64,000 nt of DNA from Thermodesulfobacteriota bacterium (GCA_964291405.2 OZ219926.1:960001-1024000); one strand, 5' to 3'; positions 9,622 through 19,313 are shown, counted from the stretch's first letter. Notes: generated by a model from the sequence alone, not told the origin. Made by a program: numbers and translations.

Positions 9622-9819
9622 CTACTGCTGGAGCAATTTGGGCAGCGTCACAATCACCCCACCCTGGGCAATCAGCGCCCCCACCATCCACTTGAGCAAA
9701 TCGGCCTTGACCTCGGCGATATCCCGTTGGATCGCAGCGACATCGGCTCGGGTGGCCAGGTTGGAATTGAGCAGGCTCACCACGAACCGATGGGTGTCAA
9801 ACGCGATCGCTTCGGACAT
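9622..9819 (-). pseudogene. Internally deleted copy of the DUF1640-like gene at 20728-21345
   Basis: Same N-terminus (MSEAIAFDTHRFV), C-terminus (LLKW..GALIAQGG) and upstream sequence, but lacks KHLTENGFTEQQAEVLADEQ and the repeats. Confidence 0.7.
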
Positions 9820-10207
9820 GGGACGAGACTATAGCGTAGTCCACCCGAGCGGGGCAGGTCCGGAGGCGGCCTTTCGGCATCTGAGGAGAAAAAACCATCC
9901 CCTCCTTGGAGGAGTGGCCCAAAGCTCTCGTAGGGTGCGCCCTGCGCACCAGGAAGCTGGTGCATGGGATGCACCCTACGGAAGGGAACGGCGGGCTATA
10001 CGGAATCGTGAATTGCTCTGGCCAGACGCGCGAGCACGGCGGACAAAGCCGCCCCCATTGGAGGGCGGCCAGCCTGGCCGCTTGCGGGCTGGAAGCCCGC
10101 ACTCCCAGGAGGGGATGGGAAAGGAGGTGATATGATTCGCACAGATGGGGTTGGGAGGTCACTCCCCTATGAATCTCGGGACGAGCACGGGGACAAAGGT
10201 TTCAGTT

Positions 10208-10465
10208 TTAGGGGGCAGTCCGCTCGATCAGCGCCTTTAAGGCCAGCATATTCTCTTCATGCTGCTGGTCACGGTGGCGCGCGCTCTGGCGCATGAGCTT
10301 CAAGCCCCAGGCAATCAGAGCGCATTGTATCAAGCCCACCACCCCAGCCACCCCGGCCTGCACATAGGTCGCTGTCAAGCTGGACTGCTGGTGGACGAGG
10401 GAAGCGTTCTGGTAGGCGATGGTGGCTTCTTGAAAAGCGATGGTGGCGGCTTCAAGCTCCGTCAT
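10208..10465 (-). CDS. Small single-TM protein, LIxRTAP family
   Basis: MTELEAAT...ATYVQAGVAGVVGLIQCALIAWGL...LIERTAP; GGAG SD; paralogs elsewhere in the window. Confidence 0.75.
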   Translation of the reverse strand: MTELEAATIAFQEATIAYQNASLVHQQSSLTATYVQAGVAGVVGLIQCALIAWGLKLMRQSARHRDQQHEENMLALKALIERTAP

Positions 10466-10550
10466 GGTTTCGTTTCTCCTCCTCGTCCTTCGTGTCAAGA
10501 TTGTCGGGCTATGGGAGTGGCCTCATGAGGCAGTGCAGCATCAAATGGGG

Positions 10551-10829
10551 CTACTGCCTGGAGGGGGCGGTGCGGCGGATGAGTTCCGTGAGGGCCGTCA
10601 TGCTGGCTTCGTGCTGGGTCTTCAGGGCGGTCATGGTTTCGTCGTGTTGGGCTTTCCGCTCGGCAGAGGCTTCCCCCATCCGCCGTAAGCCCACGTCAAT
10701 CAACCCACATTGCAGCCCCCCGATGACCAGGGCCACCCCGGCCTGCACATAGGTCGCCCAGACGCTTGCGCGGCCAATCTCCACGCTCACCTGTTGGAGC
10801 GTTAAACTCGCGGTTTCGTAGTCCGTCAT
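10551..10829 (-). CDS. Small single-TM protein, LIxRTAP family
   Basis: MTDYETASL...ATYVQAGVALVIGGLQCGLI...LIRRTAP; near-identical to 15443-15706. Confidence 0.78.
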   Translation of the reverse strand: MTDYETASLTLQQVSVEIGRASVWATYVQAGVALVIGGLQCGLIDVGLRRMGEASAERKAQHDETMTALKTQHEASMTALTELIRRTAPSRQ

Positions 10830-11058
10830 GGGCCTTTCTCCAAGGTGAATCTTCCACCCACCCTAGCCCACGGGCAACGGAAAAGCAATTTGCTGCCTGG
10901 GAGCGCGGCCAGCCTGGCCCCCTTCGACAAGCTCAGGACAGGCCTCCCAGGAGGGGATGGGGAAGGACAAAAAAAGAGGCAAGGGTTTTAGCCCTGGCCG
11001 CCTGTTGACCGAGCCGGGTGAGGGAGGTTATTGCTTCCGGTATATCTCTCTCCGGTGC

Positions 11059-11247
11059 CCGATAGTCTCCAGAGCGAACACGATAAATGGGAGGGCGTCC
11101 ACTCTGTTGCCCGCGTAATTTGAGGTGTCTCGTGTTTGTGTTCAGCAAAGCCTCAATTTTCTTGACCATACGAATTTATGCTTTTCGGGGAAGCTTGGCC
11201 AAATTTTTCAGCGCGGTCTCATCGTACCCAATCTGAGAGACATCCAT
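11059..11247 (-). pseudogene. RelE/ParE toxin pseudogene
   Basis: ATG at 11247, in-frame TAA at 11176-11178 (LPRKA*IRMVKKIEAL), then IYRVRSGDYR, after which similarity stops. Confidence 0.75.
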
Positions 11248-11475
11248 TTAAGAATCGAGGATTTTGCGGAGTGCTTCGTCCAAAGCCGCGCCGGAAATAA
11301 CGGAGGAGCGGCCTGCTTCTATATCCCGCAACCGTTTTTCTGCAATTCTCAGGTCTGCCATGTCCTCTTTTGCTCTTTCAGATTCGACAATCCTGCGCCG
11401 TGCATGACCCCGCCTCCCTTCCAGCATACCCAGTGCGGATATGCTTTCTACGCTGTTCGCCTTTTCGTCGGCCAT
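11248..11475 (-). CDS. Putative antitoxin upstream of the relE pseudogene
   Basis: EDMADLRIAEKRLRDIEAGRS is typical of RelB/DUF6290-like antitoxins; abuts the toxin ATG. Confidence 0.65.
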   Translation of the reverse strand: MADEKANSVESISALGMLEGRRGHARRRIVESERAKEDMADLRIAEKRLRDIEAGRSSVISGAALDEALRKILDS

Positions 11476-11663
11476 CGGTATCCTCCTGCTCTTTTCGTCC
11501 CCCCGCGGAGTTTTGACATTATCCTTGTTGATACAAATCTAGGGGGCGTAGGAGGGCCGTGTCAAGAGATGCTGGGGGTCCATAGGACAAAACCAGCCGT
11601 GTAGGTCGGGTGAGCCGCAGGCGTAACCCGACCTCCTGCTATTTCAGGGCCAGAAAGACCGCT

Positions 11664-11823
11664 AGAGCGGGTTACGATACGTTGGAGCCTTCGTCAGGCC
11701 GGACCCCGGATCATGTCCGGGGCAGGCTTTGATCCGGCAGCCAGCGGCCGGGGGGGGGCGGGAGACCTGGATTCCTGTTTTCACAGGAATGACGGGCGGC
11801 TACACAGCATCGCCATTTGCGCT
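11664..11823. mobile_element. MITE (type C) with AG(A/C)GC-N14-TG(T/G)AGC ends carrying REP palindromes
   Basis: ct|agagcgggttacgatacgttggagc ... gctacacagcatcgccatttgcgct|ag; related to 22560-22726. Confidence 0.75.
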
Positions 11824-12034
11824 AGTGGTCTTCTCTATGGATCAAGCTACTCATCTGCCCTTTGAGTTCTCCTACGTCGTGGGTGAGCGTCAGCAGAGTA
11901 TTATTCATGGTGTCGAATTTCCGATCTATGGCTTCAATCTTCTTTTCCATTTTGGAGTCAAGTTGCCACCAGACGGTAGCCAGGGCTCCAAGATTGATAA
12001 TAAGCGGGGCCGCGGTGGTCCAACTGATCTCCAC
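11822..12034 (-). CDS. Small N-terminal TM plus coiled-coil protein
   Basis: 70 aa, GGAGA SD, hydrophobic N-terminus then heptads; shares its upstream promoter motif with the LIxRTAP genes. Confidence 0.65.
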   Translation of the reverse strand: MEISWTTAAPLIINLGALATVWWQLDSKMEKKIEAIDRKFDTMNNTLLTLTHDVGELKGQMSSLIHREDH

Positions 12035-12134
12035 AATCTCCTCTCCGTGTATCGCTTCCGGTCTCTAACGGGTAGCTTCCACCCTAGCGGACGGGCGGGG
12101 GAAAAGCAATTTGCTCTAGATGCCTGAAAACACT

Positions 12135-12286
12135 AGAGCAAAATTCACATGAGTGTAGCGTCCACCGGCCTCCGCGCGTTGCCCGATACGTAGGGTGCGC
12201 CCTGCGCACCGGGGAAAGGTGGTGCATGGGATGCACCCGACGGAACTCTGGAGAGCACCGCGCTACACCACGGTGGAAACTGCTCT
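12135..12286. mobile_element. MITE (type A) carrying a GTAG REP pair; copies at 41420-41571, 52959-53110, 56484-56814
   Basis: agagcaaaattcacatgagtgtagcg...tagggtgcgccctgcgcacc...ggtgcatgggatgcacc...gaaactgctct, flanked by CTAG. Confidence 0.85.
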
Positions 12287-12895
12287 AGGCCCGCGTTGCG
12301 CGGGCTGTGAGCCCGAGTGGCGCTTGAACGGTGTAAATGATCAGGGATGGGGAAGGACAAAAAAAGGCGGCACGGACCGAAACCCGTGCCGCCTGGTGTG
12401 AGTGCCGTGTTCCGGGGAGAGCCGGGTGTTTATGAACGCGGGGCGGTGCGGCGGATGAGTTCGGTGAGGGCCGTCATGCTCTCCAGGGCCAGCACCGCCC
12501 GCAGGGCCAGTTCCTCGTTCATTGCGACTCTTCTCTTCGTCCTGCCTGACAATCACACACAAAAAAGAGGCAAGGGCCGCAACCCTTGCCGCCGGGTATG
12601 AGAGCCGAGCGCCATGTAGCAACTCAGGGCTGTTGACCGCGCTCCAGGAGCGCGCGAATTCCGGCACTCTGCTCGCTTTGCGCGGCCCGTTGCGCCCGAG
12701 AGAGTTCCAAAGGAGGGGATACACAGTCAGATGCAGCAAGGCCGGCTGAGTACTCAGCCGGCCTTGGTTTATGCCAGAGGAAAGGGACAGGCCTCTTTGC
12801 CTCTTTGTAGAGGAGAGCGGCCTGCCCCCGAAGGGTTTATCCGGCGTCTTCGATGACGAAGTTCTGGGTGCTCTGTTCCCTGCTGAAACGCCTCG

Positions 12896-15175
12896 TCACT
12901 GACTGACAGGCCCTGCGTCGATAATCACGAAGTTCTGCGTGCTCTGTTCCCACTCCAGGATCGTGGCTTCCCCAAGATCAGGAAAATCGTCCACGCGGCA
13001 CTCAGTACCCAGCAAGTCCTCGTCTCGCAGGAATCTATCGTCATCGTTGACGGCGAAGGTCGTCAGATGGACGACGTTAAAAGTCTGCGCCGCGCCAATC
13101 AGTTCCTCACCGTCCGCAAAGGCTCGCATCGTGTACTCGCCCTCACGCAGATGATTGAAGTTGTACGTCATTCCAAACCCGGTATTGGGGTCGTTATGCC
13201 GACACTGCCCGACCGTATCGGGCCGGCTCGTTCCGTAGGCGACCGCAAGGGTCACCGGCGAGGAGCCCTGGCGGTCGTTAGAAGAAATGACGACCTCAAC
13301 CTCGTTGGCCGAACACGCCCAGCCCGAGATGATGCCAATGCCGCTTCTGAACCCACCACCGGAGGGATTCTCCAATGCGCCCGTCGCATCAACCGGGAGC
13401 ATCTCTGGCTCCGGGCACTCCGGCGGGTCAACCGGATCTGTCGGTGTCACCGAATCCACCTCTGCTTCTATGAAGCTCGTGACCAAATCGTAGGACCCTG
13501 CATCTCGGTCAGTCTGCCCTTTGACTCTCAAAATGTACCGCCCTGGCATGACCGACTGAACAATACGAAAATGATCGTTGTCATCGTCGATAGCGGAGTT
13601 CTGCGCAATCAACTGGCCATCCGCTCCCTCAAGAAACCCCCGTGAGTCCAGGGCTGCTGACGCGTTCGTTGGATTTCGTGCCTCTATGCTCAACGTCCCC
13701 GCCTTGGTGACGTTGATCACGTAGTACCGCGTTCCCCTTGCCGCTATTTCTTGATCCGTTTCCCATACGTCAGTAGCCTCAGTAATGGGACGAACTATAG
13801 CTTCAGCGGCTTGTAGTGACACCTCCAAAGTATAATCTCCCGTAGAGCTTCGCCCCTCTACCTGTACAATATAGCGCCTCTTCCATTCCTCACTACCATC
13901 AACATAAACCGGCACGTTAATCTCGAAATTGGTCGTAGAAGGTGCGTCCTCCGTCTGCCTTTCGCTACTCGGCCAATACAGCGTTCCTCTTGTCTGCGTG
14001 TTCCCCGTCGTCTGCACGGTCAGGTGTCCCTTTTGGTCTGCGACGCCGGCCAAAAACCAAAAGTAATCGTCCTGAGTATTCGATCCAACGTTGCCATCAA
14101 CCATACCATCATCAGTAATAGAAACGGTACCAACCGGCGTCGCAACTTTGAAGTCCACTACCAAGCGGTATAATCCTGTCTCGAATTCATCTCCCCCGGA
14201 CACCTCGACAGTGTATTCTCCAGCATTGACCGGCACGTCCATCTGAAAATTTCCCCCGGAGCCACCGTCTTTGGCCGTCGCAATTGCGGTTGTTCCCGAG
14301 AGGAGAGTTCCTGTCGTGTCTGTGCTTCCTGTCGTTCGTGCAGTCAGGAGTCCAACTGTATCAGTCCCGACGACATAAAATGCGTGCTCTATGAAATCTC
14401 CCGCTCCAATATCGCCATCGGACGAGGGATTATCTTCATTAGGCATCACGCCCTCGAATGCCACTTCTATACTTGTAGAAGTGATTGCTCCAGCCGTGTT
14501 AATAGCCACTCTATCACCATTGGTATCATCTTCACCGTCACGGACTGTCCGGCTCTCTATCACAGCGTAATAGGTTCCCGGCGAAGCCTGCTCCGCCACA
14601 AGCTCCGTGGGGCTCTGGACATTGACAACATCCGGGGTACCTGGAGAGTTCCGATTTTGTGTGATGGTATATCCGAAACGGTCAACCGTGCTCGTGCTGC
14701 TCCGGCAGAGAATCCCTCCACTCACCGGGCTTCCCTGATCCGTACTCACGGTCAGGCGCCCCGCTGTATTTTCGGGGACTACGATCCTGACAATCGCCCT
14801 ATAATAGGTTGCGGCCTGAGTCTCGGTCCCCTGACTATCCGTCTTTCGATCGGTGAGCATTACAACGTCATTATCAGTAAGGGCGACAGAGAAACCGTCT
14901 GTAAGCGTCCTGTCGTAACGAAGGGCGGGCTTTACTGGATATTTTTCATCGTCCATCAGGGTAACCGGCGTCGTCCCGTCACTCTCGAACTTGTCAGCGA
15001 TAAAGTCACTACTAGTCTGGCAGCTAGGAAAGGTCTGCGCCTGAACAGGCCGGGCGGCCAGCAATGCCCATAGTGCGAGGACTGAGAAAACAACTAGGAA
15101 CGGACCGATTTTTGTCTCTAATAATGTGTGCATTCTCTCCCCCTCATTCCTCGGTGATAGACGTTCTTGCCACAT
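12896..15175 (-). CDS. Secreted/surface protein with repeated PPC-like beta domains and a conserved C-terminal module
   Basis: Signal peptide (..ALLAARPVQA), repeated TTG(S/N)T(D/Q)TxGTL...NF(Q/E)(M/I)xVPV...YxVxV units; C-terminus homologous to 53299-54360. Start may be 15133. Confidence 0.75.
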   Translation of the reverse strand: MWQERLSPRNEGERMHTLLETKIGPFLVVFSVLALWALLAARPVQAQTFPSCQTSSDFIADKFESDGTTPVTLMDDEKYPVKPALRYDRTLTDGFSVALTDNDVVMLTDRKTDSQGTETQAATYYRAIVRIVVPENTAGRLTVSTDQGSPVSGGILCRSSTSTVDRFGYTITQNRNSPGTPDVVNVQSPTELVAEQASPGTYYAVIESRTVRDGEDDTNGDRVAINTAGAITSTSIEVAFEGVMPNEDNPSSDGDIGAGDFIEHAFYVVGTDTVGLLTARTTGSTDTTGTLLSGTTAIATAKDGGSGGNFQMDVPVNAGEYTVEVSGGDEFETGLYRLVVDFKVATPVGTVSITDDGMVDGNVGSNTQDDYFWFLAGVADQKGHLTVQTTGNTQTRGTLYWPSSERQTEDAPSTTNFEINVPVYVDGSEEWKRRYIVQVEGRSSTGDYTLEVSLQAAEAIVRPITEATDVWETDQEIAARGTRYYVINVTKAGTLSIEARNPTNASAALDSRGFLEGADGQLIAQNSAIDDDNDHFRIVQSVMPGRYILRVKGQTDRDAGSYDLVTSFIEAEVDSVTPTDPVDPPECPEPEMLPVDATGALENPSGGGFRSGIGIISGWACSANEVEVVISSNDRQGSSPVTLAVAYGTSRPDTVGQCRHNDPNTGFGMTYNFNHLREGEYTMRAFADGEELIGAAQTFNVVHLTTFAVNDDDRFLRDEDLLGTECRVDDFPDLGEATILEWEQSTQNFVIIDAGPVSQ

Positions 15176-15442
15176 ACATTTTTCCCTACTTCCATAATTT
15201 TAGAAAGTACCAGAGCATCTATCAGTTCGTCAACTAAGTTGGGCAGAGAGCATGGCCCACCACAACGGAAAAGTCAACGCGGGTGAGGCTGATGTGCCAG
15301 TTATGCCAGCCATTAAAAAAGGAATAGGGATGATGACATGTGAATACTGTCATTGTCGTTGGCAAGCAGACAAAAAAAAGAGGCACGGGCCGCAACCCGT
15401 GCTTCCTGCTGTGAGCGCCGTTTTCCGGGTGGAGCCGGGTGT

Positions 15443-15706
15443 TTATGAACGTGGGGCGGTGCGGCGGATGAGTTCGGTGAGGGCCGTCATGCTGGCTGCG
15501 TGCTGGGCCATGTTTTCGTCGTGTTGGGCTTTCCGCTCGGCAGAGGCTTCCCCCATTCGCCGCAGACCCACAGAAATCAAGCCGCATTGCGCCAGCCCGA
15601 TGACCAAGGCCACCCCGGCCTGCACATAGGTCGCCCACACGCTCGCGCGACCGATCTCCACGCCCGCCTGTTGGAGCGCCAAACTCGCGGTTTCATAGTC
15701 CGTCAT
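15443..15706 (-). CDS. Small single-TM protein, LIxRTAP family
   Basis: MTDYETASLALQQAG...LIRRTAPRS. Confidence 0.78.
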   Translation of the reverse strand: MTDYETASLALQQAGVEIGRASVWATYVQAGVALVIGLAQCGLISVGLRRMGEASAERKAQHDENMAQHAASMTALTELIRRTAPRS

Positions 15707-15780
15707 GGACCTGCCTTTTCCAGAAAGTGTACCCACCCTAGCGGACGGACGACGGAAAAGCAATTTTCTCGGAGATCACA

Positions 15781-15814
15781 AAAAAAAAGAGGCAAGGGCC
15801 GAAACCCTTGCCTC
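15781..15814 (-). terminator. Intrinsic terminator; related copies at 15372-15406, 12561-12593, 12359-12393, 10969-11003
   Basis: gaggcaaggg-tttcggc-ccttgcctc hairpin followed by a T-run on the minus strand. Confidence 0.85.
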
Positions 15815-15844
15815 CTGTTGTTAGAGCCGTGTTATGGGGTGATG

Positions 15845-17344
15845 TTATTTGCAGGCAGCGACCCGAGCCGGATCAGTCGTACCAAGCTCCTGGCAGTCCG
15901 TATCACTGGCCATGCTGTACGCGGGGAAGTTCATGCGATAGTGACCCATCATCTGCGTGATATGGGTAAACGCCATGCCGGCACCACTGCCATCCGGCAT
16001 CATGATTTGCAGCACACCGCGGTCACCCTCGCACATAGCGGTGAGATCGCCCAGGGCGTCACCAGCAGGATCGATCATGGTCAGCTTGTTCGGGGCGTCG
16101 ATCATAATGTCCACCATGTCACCAAACATGTCTTCCATCTTGTTGATCACCATCCCGTCCTCACATTTGATCATGACCTGAACATCGCGGGACATCCTTG
16201 GATGCGTGTTCTCGGTGTCCTCACCGCCTGCCAACCACAAAACGACCATGGACTCATCCATGGTATCGTACCGGGCGAAAGCAGAGCCACGCGGAGTCGC
16301 CTCATCGGTAGCAGTATTGGGGTCATTGTGACCGTTCATGTCAGCATCCGTGGTAAGCCTAGTGTTATCATGCCGTTCGGGGATCAGGCCACATCGCTCC
16401 CTATTAAAGGGCCCCATGGTGTTTGCATTGGCCACTTGAGGATCGCCAGTCGTCCCATCGAAGGTTTGTAGAGGCTCATCATAGCAGGCGATTTCCGCCA
16501 TATCATCCTCACCAACTTTTGCATTGAGCATGACAGTCGAGGTCGGCACTTCCGTCCCGAAGAAGCCCATGCCCACGTCCTGGATGATGGTCCAGGCGGC
16601 GACCTGGGTCATCGTGCTCTCAGTAGTCATTGCGTCGTCAGCAGTTATTTGAGCAGCGGTACGGGTATCAATATTCATCCTTGGGTTCACGCGGGTGCCG
16701 CCGTCGCATGACGACAATTTCTGAGTCTCCGCTATGACCTTCACCCAGCCGTATGCGGGGATTTCATCATCCATCATGGAGAGGGTCTGCATCTGGTAGT
16801 CGTTCCCCATCATGGCCGACGGACCCTGGAGCGCCACCACGCCGAACTGATGTTCCGCCAGACAGAGCTCTGCCGACCCCACCATCATGCCCATGGCGTC
16901 GTAGACGTTCACCGCAATAAAGAGGTGTTCGGTCATAACCTCGCCCATCGCCTTCTCAAGAGCTGCTTCGGCTGCCGCCTTTGTATTGAGGTCGTCATCG
17001 CCAAGCGTGTGCGGATCGCCTGAAGTAGCAAGTGTAGCACCTTCAGCGTTAATCCTCTCAGTTGCAGTGCTTGCCGCCGCTATCGCTCCGTCTGCACCAT
17101 CGTTCAGAAAGCCCCGAATGGCCGCAACGAGCGCATGCTGATTCATCGTAGTCTGCTCTTGCATGGACATGTTCTGGACACCGATGATGGTGGCTCTGGT
17201 ATCTCCGGCCTCATAATAGGGGACCAGCTTTATCACGGACGGGTCACCGCCTATGTATCCTTTGGTTGCGAAGGCACTCCCGGCCGAGAGGGCAACGCCC
17301 GCCACGAACGCGATCAGGCCCGCAAACATTTTATTCATCTTCAT
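15845..17344 (-). CDS. Secreted acidic Met-rich protein, possible S-layer/major surface protein
   Basis: MKMNKMFAGLIAFVAGVALSAGSAFA signal peptide, AGGAG SD, own promoter (TTGACA 17567-17562, 17 bp, TATGGT) and terminator; S-layer role is inference. Confidence 0.65.
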   Translation of the reverse strand: MKMNKMFAGLIAFVAGVALSAGSAFATKGYIGGDPSVIKLVPYYEAGDTRATIIGVQNMSMQEQTTMNQHALVAAIRGFLNDGADGAIAAASTATERINAEGATLATSGDPHTLGDDDLNTKAAAEAALEKAMGEVMTEHLFIAVNVYDAMGMMVGSAELCLAEHQFGVVALQGPSAMMGNDYQMQTLSMMDDEIPAYGWVKVIAETQKLSSCDGGTRVNPRMNIDTRTAAQITADDAMTTESTMTQVAAWTIIQDVGMGFFGTEVPTSTVMLNAKVGEDDMAEIACYDEPLQTFDGTTGDPQVANANTMGPFNRERCGLIPERHDNTRLTTDADMNGHNDPNTATDEATPRGSAFARYDTMDESMVVLWLAGGEDTENTHPRMSRDVQVMIKCEDGMVINKMEDMFGDMVDIMIDAPNKLTMIDPAGDALGDLTAMCEGDRGVLQIMMPDGSGAGMAFTHITQMMGHYRMNFPAYSMASDTDCQELGTTDPARVAACK

Positions 17345-17575
17345 CACGTCTCTCCTTTCTTCCTGAAACCTTCTCTCTTCTTTTTTTTGTGTCGTGTTGT
17401 TCATATACCCACCAATCACCGGGAACCTGTTTGTATTGTTGTTCTCCAATACCGCTCCTCCTTCATACGGCCCTTGCGGGGCCCGCCCGAACATCAATAT
17501 TGCCTTTCGGTTTTCCCCGTGTGGCGTGATTGCTGAGCACCATAATGAATATCCCACACCCTGTCAAGCAAACAT

Positions 17576-18082
17576 TCAGCCCTTTTGGTCTGTGGGCTTG
17601 CCGAGCTTTTTGGGTTTCATGTTGCGGTACCACTGGTTGTCTTCAAGTCGGACCCAGTGCCCCTTTATCGGCATTGCCATGGGCAAGTCAACCATGCCCG
17701 GTACGTCCATCCGGTATTGTATTTTAACAGTGACCTGGGCGTCGTTTTCCTGCTCCTGAATATTGTCGATGGTGTAGGCCATATATTTCAGTGTCGGCGA
17801 CCGGGCCTGGACAAATTGAGTGGCGGTCATTTCCCCGGTGCGGGCGTAGGTTATGTATTGATAGGCGCTGACTTCATCTCCCTGAAGACGGGCGTCCCAA
17901 AAGGCTTTCACCCGCTCGGCCAGCGGTACGGTTTGCGGTGCGGGCGGCTCGGTCTGAGCGACCCCGAGGCAGACGATCCCGGCCACCAGGGCCACGGCCC
18001 ATCCGGCGATTCGGCGCTTCGGCTGACAGCGCCCGGTTTTCCTCGTACACAACCCTGGCCTCGTACCCAACACCGACCTCAT
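17576..18082 (-). CDS. Exported hypothetical protein (NTF2-like fold suspected)
   Basis: Hydrophobic N-terminus, LAERVKAFWDAR...AYQY...HWVRLEDNQWY; start uncertain. Confidence 0.6.
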   Translation of the reverse strand: MRSVLGTRPGLCTRKTGRCQPKRRIAGWAVALVAGIVCLGVAQTEPPAPQTVPLAERVKAFWDARLQGDEVSAYQYITYARTGEMTATQFVQARSPTLKYMAYTIDNIQEQENDAQVTVKIQYRMDVPGMVDLPMAMPIKGHWVRLEDNQWYRNMKPKKLGKPTDQKG

Positions 18083-18650
18083 ACACAACGTGCTCGCTTT
18101 CCATCCTTCATACGGCCCATCTGGCCCATACGACATAACACAATGTTGTCTGTGTGTCTTGTTACTATAGTGTATGCAAAGAAAAAGTGTCAATAGCAAA
18201 CCGGCTTGCTCACCGCAACCGGTGCCCCCACACATTTGCCTTCAACAACAATAGATTACATTAGTTCAAACCCACTTTCGGTTGTCAAGCGGACGGCTGG
18301 GAATGCCGGACTCCTTCCCTGGGAGTGCGGGCTTCTTCCCTGGGAGTGCGGGCTTCCAGCCCGCAAAGAATAAAGAAGGCGGGCAAGATGCCCGCGCGCC
18401 CAGGAGAAGAGAAAGAAATAGAAAGGCGGGCAAGATGCCCGCGCTCCCAGGAGAAGAGAAAGAAAGGAAAAGGCAGGCAAGATGCCTGTGCCCCCAGGGG
18501 GGAAGAGGAGATGGGGAGAGGTATCACTGGTGGTGATGGCCTCAAAATCTCCCCCTGTCTGTCTAGTTAGGCCGCGCGCATGAAGGTATAATACAGAGAA
18601 GAGCAGCCGGACACACGTCCGCCTGCCGGTATCACAGGGAGTGTTGAGCT

Positions 18651-19313
18651 ATGACGTATCGTTCTACCAAGGAAAAGGCCGAAGCCCAAAAAGTCGCTCG
18701 GAAGCTGTATGTCACAGATAGGCTGTCCCTGAAAGAGATTCACGAGCAGACCGGCGAAACCATGAGAACACTCAGATCGTGGTGCACCCTCGGCGACTGG
18801 GACAGCCTGCGGGAGGCAGAGGACAAGACCGAACTCGACCGGTTAGAGAGCTTACGGGACAGCCTGCTCGACAAAGCCGAAGCCCAGATCAAGGCAGGCA
18901 AGCTGCCACACATCGAGACCGGGCTCATATACAAGCTGGAAAGGTTGATAGTCCAGCGAGAGAAAAAAGAAGAGAGGGCCACCACCATAATGGGGAACAC
19001 CCTTCGACATCTGGCCCTGTATCTGATGGAACATGATCCGAAACTTGCGCGAGCTTTAGTCATTAATCATATGGAGGAATTTAGCAGATGGATCGTTAAA
19101 CAAGATCTCGTCCGTCCGCCGGAAGAGGCCGACCGTTCGGTGCAAGAGCTCATCCATTTGCCGCGAGAGTTCAGCCGTGTGCCGCAAGAGCCCACCCCTG
19201 CGCAGAAAAGGTTTGCCCGTATGCGGAAAGGGGCTAAAGGGCTTCCCCGTATGCGGAAAGGGGCTAAAGGGCATGCCCGTATGCGGAAAAATCTTCCCCC
19301 TTCGATGAAGTGA
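18651..19313 (+). CDS. Solitary phage-like HTH protein (terminase small subunit / Mu gp27 DUF1804-like)
   Basis: ARKLYVTDRLSLKEIHEQTGETMRTLRSW...GDWD N-terminal HTH; basic 10-aa tandem repeat at the C-terminus. Confidence 0.6.
   Translation: MTYRSTKEKAEAQKVARKLYVTDRLSLKEIHEQTGETMRTLRSWCTLGDWDSLREAEDKTELDRLESLRDSLLDKAEAQIKAGKLPHIETGLIYKLERLIVQREKKEERATTIMGNTLRHLALYLMEHDPKLARALVINHMEEFSRWIVKQDLVRPPEEADRSVQELIHLPREFSRVPQEPTPAQKRFARMRKGAKGLPRMRKGAKGHARMRKNLPPSMK

Noticed and set aside
11176-11178. Programmed readthrough in relE
   Set aside because: A TAA stop plus independent 3' truncation points to pseudogenisation.
12837-12951. Diversity-generating retroelement TR/VR pair (also considered for the purF duplicate)
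   Set aside because: Here the differences are mostly synonymous and not confined to adenines; the purF copy shows ordinary transitions plus an indel; there is no reverse transcriptase in the window.
7200-15814. Integron cassette array
   Set aside because: No IntI and no RYYYAAC...GTTRRRY attC structures recognised; the separators are REPs, terminators and MITEs.
18651-19313. Prophage
   Set aside because: A single phage-like gene with no large terminase, capsid, tail or integrase.
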